Assembly: GCA_964035545.1 (NCBI GenBank)
Contig: OZ037768.1
Coordinates: forward strand, 14,517,675-14,581,674
Direction of reading: 5' to 3'
DNA: 64,000 nucleotides
Source of the DNA: Bugula neritina
Taxonomy: Eukaryota > Animalia > Bryozoa
Within the stretch, counting starts at the first letter, position 1, and each line of letters opens with the position of its first letter. Below are positions 1-11,269 of the stretch, in pieces. The notes under the pieces were generated by a model, which had not been told where the DNA came from, searched no databases, and was given only the letters and a program-made list of their open reading frames with translations. A program made the translations under genes and the position numbers.

Positions 1-259
1 GTGAGTAGCAAAGTGAGTAGCAAAGTGAGTAGCAAAGTGAGTAGCTAAGTGAGTAGCTAAGTGAGTAGCTAAGTGAGTAGCTAAGTGAGTAGCTAAGTGA
101 GTAGCTAAGTGAGTAGCTAAGTGAGTAGCTAAGTGAGTAGCTAAGTGAGTAGCTAAGTGAGTAGCTAAGTGAGTAGCTAAGTGAGTAGCTAAGTGAGTAG
201 CTAAGTGAGTAGCTAAGTGAGTAGCTAAGTGAGTAGCTAAGTGAGTAGCTAAGTGAGTA
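1..259. repeat. 12-bp tandem minisatellite GTGAGTAGC(A/T)AA, about 21.5 copies visible, runs off the left edge
   Basis: Three copies of GTGAGTAGCAAA (1-36), then perfect GTGAGTAGCTAA copies to 252 and a partial copy to 259. Confidence 0.97.
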
Positions 260-293
260 TAAGGGTGAATGGTGATGAATTGTCCTGTGCCAC

Positions 294-579
294 TGTTGTG
301 TTTTACACAATACTAATGCGTGGTTCCTAGCTTGTAATTATGACTTGGTTATCTGCAGCAATATAGGAATTGTGATAAGATTAGAAGAGATTTATTTATA
401 ATTACATACTAATAAAATGATATAAGAAAGCACACGGATTAAAGTATTACATCTTCCTAATTGCTAGTACGCTCTCTCTACTGACGATTCTCTCGTTACG
501 CATCGCTGGGGGTTGTCACCTGATGCATCTCCAATTGGCTAGGGGACACGGGGACGCGCGTATTGCGTGCTCCACTACA
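294..579. mobile_element. Solo LTR (286 bp), probably Ty3/Gypsy; minus orientation slightly favoured
   Basis: Termini TGTTGTG...CACTACA (6/7 inverted match, canonical TG..CA), flanked on both sides by the 4-bp direct repeat CCAC (290-293, 580-583). AATAAA occurs on both strands (391-396 minus, 411-416 plus). No adjacent internal domain. Confidence 0.75.
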
Positions 580-631
580 CCACTGTATGTAGTAGTGTGT
601 AATATAATAAAAAACGACCAAAACGCTATAC

Positions 632-1569
632 CCATTTATCCAAGGCTTTGAAATGCTTTTTTTAGCAAGCTTTGCTTTATGCTCTATTTTACAACTGTTT
701 GTAAGTTCAGTAAGTTTTTGAACGAATTTATCATAAAACACATTAACATCACTACAGCAAAAAGCTTCCCAATTTGTAGTTATTAACACGTTATGTAATT
801 TTTTGTAATTGATGATGCTATACTGTTTTTGAGACACAGAAATCAGGTCTGATCTTTTAAATTTATGTATGAAAGTATAGGCAGACAAGTAATCACTCAA
901 ATCAGAAAAAACTGTTCCAGAAGTTATCGCATCGTTGTTTAGATTTAAAAGGATATGATTCAGGCATGTCCACTTATTAATAGGCTTAAAGTGATGAGTG
1001 CGCACAGTAATGGAGTTGCTGAAACAGTAGGTAGACAGGAGACTAAGATACTCAACATTAGAATGGTCTAGGATATCAATGTTGATATCACCAGCAATAA
1101 TGTGGTTACTTGCGTGTGAAGCGGATATGAATTTTTCGAAATCGTTCAAAAATTCAGTAACATCTGCACTGGGTTGTCGGTAAATAACTGTTAGAACCAC
1201 AGGTGGAGAAGAGCCATCACATTCTAACCTAATAGAATGAACATCACACCCAGATATGGTCACCACTGAGACCAGGACCATGCCAATGCCATTTCTCACA
1301 TACACCCCAACACCACCTCCACGCGAATCGCGTTGTGCACCTGAAAAAGTGAAGTTAGGAATTGCAAAAAATTCTATTTCATCATTTTTTAGCCAAGTTT
1401 CTGTTGCACAAATTACATCAAATGGGACATTACAAGAATATAACAATTGCTCAAAAAGGTAGAACTTGTTTCTTAAACTTTGACAGTTAATATTTAGTAT
1501 AGAAAATGTGTCAGGAGAAAAATCACTGTTTATTATTAAGTAGGTGTGGGCTGTAACTTGAATGATCAT
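632..1569 (-). pseudogene. APE-type endonuclease region of a non-LTR retrotransposon ORF2 (CR1/L2-like), inactive, RT domain missing
   Basis: Ordered EN motifs NINCQSL, DVICATETWL, RGGGVGVYV, VIYRQP, IIAGDINID, CLNHI and SDLSDY, then the linker ending KPWIN at ~635. Conserved LDH reads LNH and SDH reads SDY. Homology stops before the RT. Confidence 0.92.
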
Positions 1570-1711
1570 GCACGCAGGTCATGCTCATCAGAATGACACT
1601 ACAACTTGATTGATTAATTTTTGTGCATCAAACCTTTGTGATAAAAACGATGTTAGACAGACTGATACGCTACTTTGATTCATCATTGTTGTGTTGTACT
1701 AGTAAGTGTGT

Positions 1712-2180
1712 TGTGTAAAATATAAATATTAGTCACTTGCGAGACCAATTTATTATTTGCAAATAGTATTATTATTATTGCCTAGTGACTAGTATTTTCC
1801 CTTCCCCTTATTCAACCTACAATACTCATGCACTTGGTTGGGTTTTATGTTGCTAATTCATGTAAACCGACAGTCGACTGAAGTTTGGTTCACTGGCTTG
1901 CTGACAATCCGAGTGTCGGTCTTTGAAATTATGAATATCGGCACACTTTGCCGAACTTCAGCCAACTGTCGGTTGAAGGTTCTAGAACCCCTTTGTCCAA
2001 GTAATATAAAAGGAGGCACATTCTGAGCTTCAGTCAGTTGAAGACAGGAGCTCAGACTGAAAGGATCAACTATACCAATGGAGACTTACAGCACACACTA
2101 CTCTTCACTCTCTTCTCTCTTCTATTACAAGGACTTATGTTCTCTGCCTAAATACATTCAATAACCCACAAGTTACTACA
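1712..2180 (+). mobile_element. 5' LTR of a Ty3/Gypsy element (LTR-A); left boundary approximate
   Basis: Ends ...TTACTACA directly before a PBS. Colinear similarity to 10713-11269 (e.g. CTTGGTTGGGTT, TTCTAGAA, GAGCTTCAGTCA, CAAGGACTTATGTTCTCTGCCT, ATAACCCACAA). Start chosen by similarity of TGTGTAAAATAT to TGTGGTAAATAT. Confidence 0.85.
2005..2039 (+). promoter_or_regulatory. LTR core promoter: TATA box plus TCAGT initiator-like motif
   Basis: TATAAAA at 2005-2011 and TCAGT/TCAGTT at 2030-2039. The same arrangement is conserved in LTR-B. Confidence 0.6.
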
Positions 2181-2181
2181 T

Positions 2182-2199
2182 TGGTGACAGTGGTGGGAT
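2182..2199 (+). promoter_or_regulatory. Primer binding site, tRNA-Leu type
   Basis: TGGTGACAGTGGTGGGAT one base after the LTR end, 16/18 identical to TGGTGGCAGCGGTGGGAT, the complement of a common metazoan tRNA-Leu 3' end. Confidence 0.85.
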
Positions 2200-2244
2200 A
2201 ACGAATAATCAGGCAGCCTTACAAAAGATAAAAAGAGAAACTAG

Positions 2245-2770
2245 ATGGCAAGGCTAGAAGAAGGAGGAGAGGTTCTCACACTGGAGAACCTAGTAACAGC
2301 CCTCCGAGAAGTCGGCTCAGCCACTCCGGCGCTACCTGGTAACAGGTATTGCCTTCGACCTCCGATTTTCGGAGGCGACTGCGATGTCAAGCAGTTTATA
2401 AAAAAATTCGAAGACGTGGCTATCATCGCTGAATGGCCAACACTGAATCGTCTTCTACAGCTACGGTCTTGCCTAACCAGTACAGCTAAGGGTTATACGC
2501 TTGGAGATGATGTCCAACACATCTTTCAGGCGCTCCGAGCATGACCATACTAACGCCATAGAAAAACTGGCATTAATGGCATACAGCCGAACCGATCAGA
2601 AGAAACAGAAAGAGTTGGTCTATGAGGCCTTCTTGAGGACCGTAAACAATGGTTGACTCTAGAGGTACTACCTGGCCGCCATGATATCTAAAATATAAGA
2701 GGCTCTAGAGATGGGTCGGTCCTACTGTCAAGTAGATGCCCCTATGGAGCGGACTTTACGACAAGCCAAG
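2245..2770 (+). pseudogene. gag: Gypsy gag remnant (frameshift/deletion near 2541, several stops, truncated by satellite)
   Basis: Starts 45 bp after the PBS. The capsid-like pattern RPPIFGGDCDVKQFIKKFEDVAIIAEW...LLQLRSCLTSTAK continues in another frame as HTNAIEKLALMAY...EAFLRTVNNG*L*RYYLAA...EALEMGRSY. Confidence 0.8.
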
Positions 2771-5700
2771 TAAAACATACTGGAATATACTGTAACATAA
2801 TGAAACACACTGCAACATACTGAAATACACTGTAACATACTCAAATAAACCGTAAACTACTGAATTATACTTTAGCACATTGAAATATACTGCAACAGAC
2901 TGAAACATATTGCAACAGTCTGAAATATACCGCAGCTTACAAAAAATACACTGTAACATACTGAAATAGAATGTAACATACTCAAAAACCTGTAAACTAA
3001 TGGAATATACTGTAACATACTGAAATACACCGCAAAAGACAAAAATATACTGCAACTGACTGAAATATACTTCAACATATTGAGATACACTGCGTCATAC
3101 TGAAATACACTGAAACATACTGAAATATATTGCAACAAACTGAAATATACTGCAACTAACTGAAATTTACGGCAACATACTGAAATATACTCAAACATAC
3201 TGAAATATATTGAAATATACTGAAATAGACTGTAACATACTGAAATATTACGCAACATACTGAAACACACTGTAACATTGTGAAATAAGCGGTAAACTAC
3301 TGAAATATACGGTAACATACTGGAATATACGGCAACACACTGAAAAATACTGCAACATACTGAAATACACTGCAACAAGCTGAAATACATTGAAACAGCT
3401 GGAAACATACTGCAACATACTGAAATATACTGCAACTTACTGAAAATTACGGCAGCATACTGAAATATCCTCAAACATACTGAAATATACTTAAATATAC
3501 TGAAAAAGACTGTAACATAATGAAATACACTGGAACATACTGAAATACACTGTAACATACTCAAATAAACTGTAAACTATTGAAATGTACGAAAACATAT
3601 TGAAATGCACTGCAACATACTGAAATATACTGCAACATACCTAAATACACTGCAAGACGCTGAAATAAACTTCGTCATCCTAGAATATACTGCAACATAC
3701 TGAAATATATGGTAACATACTCAAATACACTGCAACGGATTGAAAAACACTTCAACAAACTGAAGTAGGCTGTAACATCTGGAAATATACTGTAACTTAC
3801 TGAAACATACTACAACATACTGAAACAAACTGCATTTTATTTCAGTGAACTGTAACATACTGAAATAAACTGCAACAGACTAAAATAAACCGAAACATAC
3901 TGAAATATACTTAAACATACTGAAATATACTAAAAAATGCTGAAACACACTGTAACATACTGAAATACACTGTAACATACTCAAATAAACTGTAAGCTAC
4001 TGAAGTAAACAGTAACATACTGAAATATGCTGCAACAGACTGAAATATACTGCAACATACTGGAATATACTGCAACATGCCAAAACAAACTGCAACATAA
4101 TTGAAAAAACTGCAACATACTGAATATACTGCAACAAACTGAAGTAGGCTTTAACATCTGGAAGTATACTGTAACTTACTGAAAGATACTAAAATATACT
4201 GAAACAAACTGCATTATATTTAGGTGTACTGTAACATACTGAAATATACTGCAACATACTAAAAAATACCTAAACTTACTGAAATATACTAAAAGATACT
4301 GAAATATACTAAAAGATACTGAAATGGACGCTAATGAGCTGAAATATATCCGACATGCTGAAACACACTGTAACATACTGAAATACACTGTAACATACTC
4401 AAATAAACTGTAAACTACAAAAATAAACAGTAACATACTGAAATAAGCTGCAGCAGATTGAAATATACTGATACATACAGAAATATACTGCAACATACTG
4501 GGATATACTGCAGAAGACCGAAACATCCTGCCACATAATTGAATAAACTGCAACATACTGAAATATACTGCAACAACCGAAAATATACTGCAACATACCG
4601 AATATACTGAAACATACTGAAATATACTGCAACAGACCGATATATACTGCAACAGACTAAAATAAACTTTAACATACTGAAAGACACTGAAACATACTGA
4701 AATATACTAGAACATACTGAAATAGAATGCAACAAACTGAAATGTACTGCAACATGCTGAAATATACTCCTACATACAGAAATATACTGAAACATACTGG
4801 AGTATACTGTAACATAATGAAATATAATGCAACATAATGAAACACACTGGAGCCTACAAAAATACACTGTAACAAACTCAAACAAACTGTATACTACTGA
4901 AATATACAGTAACATACTGAAATATACTGCAACTTACTGAAAGTTACGGCAGCATACTGAAATATACTCAAACTTACTGAAAGATACTTAAATATATTGA
5001 AATAGACTGTAACATACTGAAATACACTGGAACATACTGAAATACACTGTAACATACTCAAATAAACCGTAAACTACTGAGATATACGGTAACATACTGA
5101 AACACACTGTAACATACTGAAATATACTGCAACATACTGAAATACACTGAAACATACTGAAATATACTGCAACTTACTGAAATGTGCTGTAACAAACTGA
5201 AATACACTGCAACATACTGAAATACACTGTAACAAACTCAATTAAACCAGAAACTCTTTAAATATACTGTAACATACTGAAAAAACTGTAATGTGCTGAA
5301 ATACACTGCAATATATTAAACTGTGCTGTAACATACTGAAATAAACTGTAACATACTGAAACACACTGCAACACACTTAAATACACTGTAACATACTCAA
5401 ATAAACTGTAAACTACTCAAATATACGGTAACATGCTGAAATACCCTGCAACGTACTGAACGATACTTAACAAACCGAAATATATAGTAACATACTGAAA
5501 TGTTTTGTAACACACTAAAATACACTGCAAATACTGAAATGTGCTGTAACATACTGAAACACACTGCGACATATTGAAACGCACTGCAACATACTGAAAT
5601 GTACTGCACCATACTGAAATGCACTGCAACATACTGAAATAGACTTCAACAGACTGAAATATACTGCAACATACTGAAATGCACTGCAACATACTGAAAT

Positions 5701-7866
5701 GTACTGCACCATACTAAACTATATACTAACATACCGAGATAAACTGTTACACAATCAAACATACTCTAACGTTCGGAAACATACTGCAACATGCTGAAAT
5801 ATACTGCATTATACTGAAATGTACTGCCACATACTGAAAAATCTTGAAACATACTGTAATATACTGTAACATACTGAATAGTTCTGCAACATACTGCAAC
5901 GCACTCTAACATACTGAAATACACTATAAAATACTCAAATAAAATGTAAACTACTGAAATATACCGGAACATACTGAAATATACTGGAAGATGCTAAAAT
6001 ATACAGTAACATACTTAACTGTACTGTAGCGTAATGATATATACTATAACATACAGGAATATACATTAATATAATAAAATATATTCCAACATACCTAAAT
6101 ATACTGTAACATGCCTTAATATACTGTAACATACTGAAATATAATGCAGAAAACTGAATTGCGCTGTAACATGCTCAAATATAATGCAACATACCGAAAC
6201 ATACTGCAACAAAACTAAATACACTGCAACACACTGAAATATACTCATACATACCAAAATATTTTCTAACACACTGAAATATACTGCTATATACTGAAAT
6301 ATACTGTAACATCTTGAAATATACTGTGAAAAACTGAAATATACTGTAAAACACGAAAATATACTGTAAAATACTGAAATAAACTGAAACACAATAAAAG
6401 ATAATGTAACATAAAAAAAATATATTAACATCCTGAAATATTTTGTAAATTACTGAAATATACTGCAAAGTACTGTAATACGCTGCAACATACTCAAAAA
6501 CACTGGAACATAAAGAAAAATACTGTAAGATACTAAAATATACTGCAATATACTGAACTATGCTGTAACATACTGAAACACACTGCAACATACTTAAATA
6601 CACTGTAACATACTCAAATAAATCATAAACTACTTAAATATAGGGTAACATACTGAAATATACTGCACCATACTAAACTATATAATAATATACCAAAATA
6701 AACTGTTACACAATCAAACATACTCTAACATTCGGAAACACACTGTAACATACTGAAATATACTGTAAATACTGAAATAAACTATAACACACTGAAATAT
6801 ACTGTAACCTACTGAAATGTACTGCTACATACTGCAAAACACTGTAAAATACTGAGAAACACTGTAATAGACTCAAATAAAATGTAAACTACTGAAAGAT
6901 ACTGGAACATACTGAAAGATACTGCAACATATTAAAATATACAGTAACATACTTAACTATACTGTAACGTAATGATATATACTACAAAATACAGAAATAC
7001 ACTGTAGCATAGTGAAATATATTGCAACATACCTGAATATACTGTAACATACCTAAATATACGATAACATACTGAAATATAAAGCAGGAAACTGAAATAC
7101 TGAAACATACTGCAACATACCGAAATATATAGTAACATGCTGAAAGGTTTTGTAACACAGTAAAATATACTGCAACATACTGAAATGTGCTGTAACATAC
7201 TGAAATATACTGTAACATACTGAAATATACTGCAACATACTGAAACACACTGCAACATACTTAAATACTCTGTAATATACTCAATTAAATCGTAAACTAC
7301 TCAAATATACAGTAACATACTGAAATACACTGCAACTTATTGAAATACAGTGAAAAATACTGAAATATACAGCAACATACCGAAATATCTAGTAAAATAC
7401 TGAAACATTTTGTAACACACTAAAATATAGTGCAATATACTGAACTGTGCTGTAACATACTGAAATAAGCTGTAACATACTGAAACACACTGCAACATAG
7501 TTAAATACACCATAACATACTCAGGTAAACCGTAAACTACTCAAATATGGGGCAACATACTGAAATACACTTCAACAAACTTAACTATACTGCAAAATTC
7601 CGAAATATATAGTAACATACTGAAATATTTTGTAACACACCAAAATGTACTGCAACTTACTGAAATGTGCTGTAACATACTGAAATACACTGTAACAAAC
7701 TCAATTAAACCGTAAACTACTTAAATATGCTGTAACATACTGAAATATACTGCAACATGGCTAAATACACTGTAACATACTCACATAAACCGCAAACTAC
7801 TCAAATATACGGTAACATACTGAAGCACACTGTAACATACTGAAACACACTGTAACATACTCAATT
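2771..7866. repeat. Satellite array 1: 10-bp monomer / 20-bp dimer (TGAAATAYAC TGYAACATAC), diverged, about 510 monomers
   Basis: Continuous 10-bp periodicity. Diagnostic variant TCAAATAAACYGTAAACTAC. Diverged internal duplications (3761 vs 4140, 3431 vs 4928, 5702 vs 6661). Confidence 0.97.
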
Positions 7867-8609
7867 ACAGGATAGTTAAGGGCATCCTTACTAAGAATAT
7901 CCTAAATTTCTTTCAAAATGTAGTTTAGGTTCTTGAATAATATTGCTCTGCGGGTGGCATGCGTGTTGCCTACTTGCAATTGTTTAGCCTAAGATCAAAC
8001 TACAACCAATAGGCAGCAACCCTCATTCGGGCTGCGTTATCTATCAACATTCCAATATAGGTGCTACATAAACAAAGTACAAAGCAAACTATTCATTATA
8101 GCCTGCCAGCTAGCAAGCCTGTAATTAGTATGTTTGCGCCAATATCTTCTCATCCCTACGTGCTCATTGAAGCGTGAAGTGCTGCGCGCTGCTAATTATT
8201 TATGAAAAAAATAGCATTTTCAGTGTATAAATCACCAATTTATGAACAATATAGAAGAGTTATTGGAAAAAGAAAAAAAATTGCCCTGGAGAAATATTTC
8301 AGGATTCCAACAGTGCAATTTTTTTTCAGATATCATGTTTTGCTGCTGAGATATTTTACTGGTACTGAAAAGTCAGCTTTTCAGGCAAAATTGGCCAAAA
8401 TTCGGCAGTTCTTTGTCTATAACTTTGCAAAATTGAAATTTTTTACAGAACTTATACTGGGGAAAAAAATATCTACAACATAGTTTTTAAATTTTGACTC
8501 TAGCACAATTAGGTGAGATTTTATTTTACTGGTACTGAATTCTTATATGATTACAATGCAAACCTCAGCAAGGCAGTTGCAGCTAAAAGGTTGCCCTTAA
8601 CTATCCTGT
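7867..8609. mobile_element. Non-autonomous TIR DNA transposon (MITE-like, 743 bp), superfamily unassigned
   Basis: 23-bp terminal inverted repeat ACAGGATAGTTAAGGGCATCCTT (7867-7889) vs AAGGTTGCCCTTAACTATCCTGT (8587-8609), one mismatch. AT-rich non-coding interior with internal direct repeat TTTTACTGGTACTGAA. No convincing TSD. Confidence 0.85.
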
Positions 8610-10096
8610 GTCCCACCATGGCCCGGACCCTGGATCAGCAAATGTTCTGCTATTTCGGGCTTCCTGAACAGATTCACACTGACCAGGGCGCCCATTTCTA
8701 GTCTCAGATGATGGGAGACCTCTGCCGGATATGGGGGGTGAATTAAAGCCGAATGACCCCATTTCACCCGCAAGGGAACGGAGTCGTAAAGAGGAACAAT
8801 CGGATGTTAGGAGATGCTTTCCGAAGTCTGCTCTTGGGCCGAGGACAGGAAGAATGGGACGTGGTACTACCCCAGATAATGCGGACTTACCGCAGTACAC
8901 CACACTCCAGTACCCTGGAAACCCCGAACCTCCTGATGCTTGGCCGAGAGACTCGAGTCCCGGAGCACCTAACATACCATGTTCCTGCACCCGAGGCCCC
9001 TGTACATGAGTACGTGGAGAAGCTCATTGAGACAATGGACCAGGCTCAGGAAGCACTGCGCGAGCAGCAGTGGCAGACGAGGACGGAAGACTCTGAGGAG
9101 CCCCCACTATACCAAGTAGGAGACTGGGTATGGATGGTGAGCTACCGCAGGCGGCGCGGACAGTCGGCTAAACTTCTGCCCAAGTTCATGGGGCCCTACT
9201 GCATCATAAAGGTTCTACCGAACCACACGTACCGTGTGGAACGCTCAGGGCAGGTTTCAGTCCAAAACGAGCAGCGGTTGAAACATTATGAGGGCAGCCC
9301 AGACGCTGCAGGGCAGGCACCTCCCCTACTGGAGCCGGCTCACCAGCCCATCTCCAGAGAATGGGTGGCGCGGCCCAAGGAGTGGGAGATTTCCGTCCAG
9401 GACCCAGTGGAACCAGATCGGACACCAGCACCTCCTCCTCCTCTACCTGGTCCGCCAATTGCACCAGCCCCGAAGCCGGCCCCGGCGCCAGAAGGTACAT
9501 CTCAGGCTGAGAGAGGTGACCCAGAGACCCCTGCCTCTACCGCACCTCCACCACAGCCTGAGGCACCTATGGAGTTAGAGAGACAGGCCAGGAGCAGAAG
9601 ACTTCCTGGGTATCTAGCTGATTATCACGTAGGACTTGTGGATCTATCCCCACAAGGACAGAATTCACCTAGTACAGGCAGTAACCTACATTCCTACGGG
9701 CCTAGATACCCTGCTAGAGATACTACAATTGAGATCACGTACCAAAGATCGGCAGATACTGAGAGCGTGGAGTTGCCCCACCGAAATGTGCCGTGGAATA
9801 TGACCAAACACGTATCGGTATCGCCGACACGTACAAATCTTAACTCGGATCCTTATGATATGGTTCTCTCGCTGGAACCCCGGCTCGGCTCCCGTCAGCC
9901 CGACGGGTTCCCCCTCCCCGGCCCAGTCTGCCCCCACTGCTCTGGAAGAGCTTCCCTTACCTGTAGAAGCTCAACTCCCTGCGGAAGAGACGCAAATGAC
10001 TCTGGGCAGTGGGGCTGTCTGGATGGACACCAACGGGCCAGGACAGAGAACACTGACACTACCAAACGTACTGACGGGTCGTGCTGGCCAGGATAG
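8610..10096 (+). pseudogene. pol: Ty3/Gypsy pol C-terminus: integrase core (partial), GPY/F domain and long Pro-rich tail; inactive
   Basis: One frame throughout: FGLPEQIHTDQGAHF*...N*SRMTPFHPQGNGVVKRNNR...WDVVLPQIMRTYRSTPHSST...YQVGDWVW...KLLPKFMGPY...RLKHY...RSRRLPGYLADY. In-frame stops at 8699-8701 and 8744-8746. The D(35)E glutamate position is Lys. Confidence 0.93.
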
Positions 10097-10702
10097 ACAA
10101 CAGTAGACAAAACCAGCTGCAACCAGAAGGAGCCCACAACTCACCAGACCACGTACCAACCAGCCTCCCCCTAGGCGTTCACTTTCCCGACTCTCCACCA
10201 CGACGTCTCACTCCTCCTCTACTCGTCGTCCTGCTTCCCCCCTTGTCGCCAGCCTGCACATACCAGTGCCGGCGAAGGAGAGATCCGGAAACTGAGGAGG
10301 ACATTCAGGCCCTACACAGGAAACCTAATTACAGATAAGACTCTCATACTACGTACTTCTTTCCTTATATATATTAGTGTGTTTAATATGTGTGTAGATA
10401 ATAGTGTGCGTTGCAGTATCTAAGTTTTTTTTATCATTTTATTATATTTTTGTGTGCGCTCATAAATTCCTTCCAGTCAAAAGTATTTTATTCTCCTTAC
10501 CCCAATTTTTTATCAGTATTATAACATTTTTTTCTAGAACCTGAAGCTCAACCAAGTTTTTTTAATTTTTTTTCTGTTTTCTTATGCTAGTCCCTATGCC
10601 CCTCGGCCGTTATTTTACCTTTGTAATATATACCCTTTGGCCCGTTGTTTTATGTTCCTTATATTTACCCTCTATATTTGTAACAGAAAGTGTATTTCTG
10701 AC

Positions 10703-10712
10703 AGGAGGTGTG
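10703..10712 (+). promoter_or_regulatory. Degenerate polypurine tract
   Basis: AGGAGGTGTG immediately 5' of the TGTGGTA start of LTR-B, after a T-rich 3' UTR. Confidence 0.6.
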
Positions 10713-11269
10713 TGTGGTAAATATCAAGAATTATCCCCCTTGACAAATTACTTATGGCTATTTTTCTAAATACTGTAGTTATAGCTAAGTCTGTGGTGTA
10801 ACTTTCTAATACCTTAAATACTATGGCTATTGATAAGCTTTTAGCATAGTAAATAGTTAATCCCCTTTCCCCCAATTACAAGCTACAACACGTGTAGACT
10901 TGGTTGGGTTCATTTTTTTTGACTCATGTAAATCGACAATTAGACCGAGTTCGGTAGGTGGATGCCGACATTGGGTCTTTCGGTTACCGACATGGTCAGT
11001 GTTGGTTACCGACATGACGAATGTCGCCATTTTCTGCCGAATGTCGGCCCGCTGTCGGTGGAAAATTCTAGAAGTCCTTTGTTGTACTAGTATAAAAGAA
11101 CAGGCATTTTCGAGCTTCAGTCACTTGCGGACTGGAGGTCACACTGGATACTTCTCTCTACTACAATAAAGTACTGCAAGCACACGGCAACCTTTCTCTC
11201 TTGTCTCTTCTATAGCAAGGACTTATGTTCTCTGCCTGTATTCATTTTATAACCCACAAAACTACTACA
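10713..11269 (+). mobile_element. 3' LTR of a Ty3/Gypsy element (LTR-B, 557 bp)
   Basis: TGTGGTA...TACTACA termini, preceded by the PPT and integrase. TATA, initiator and AATAAA present. Homologous to LTR-A. Confidence 0.9.
11091..11170 (+). promoter_or_regulatory. LTR-B TATA box, TCAGT initiator-like motif and polyadenylation signal
   Basis: TATAAAA 11091-11097, TCAGT 11117-11121, AATAAA 11165-11170. Confidence 0.62.

Noticed and set aside
1-259. Telomeric repeat
   Set aside because: The unit lacks the G-run of TTAGG/TTAGGG-type repeats, and nothing in the window indicates a chromosome end.
496-1569. 357-aa ORF as a domesticated stand-alone endonuclease gene
   Set aside because: Two conserved catalytic-motif residues are substituted (LDH to LNH, SDH to SDY), and the C-terminal ~45 aa are read-through into unrelated DNA and a solo LTR.
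8202-8483. 93-aa ORF as the transposase of the TIR element
   Set aside because: Short, K/F-rich from A/T tracts, with no DDE or DNA-binding motif.
8753-10096. 447-aa ORF as an intact integrase gene
   Set aside because: It starts after two in-frame stops, lacks the HHCC domain and both catalytic Asp residues, and has Lys at the catalytic Glu position.
10982-11010. GGTTACC in LTR-B as the source of the satellite GGTAACC box
   Set aside because: Only a 7-bp match with no flanking similarity. The box is more simply derived from TGTAACATAC monomers by point changes.
8601-11169. Alternative-frame and antisense ORFs over the integrase, UTR and LTRs
   Set aside because: Shadow ORFs of GC-rich pol sequence or chance ORFs in LTR DNA, with no recognisable motifs.
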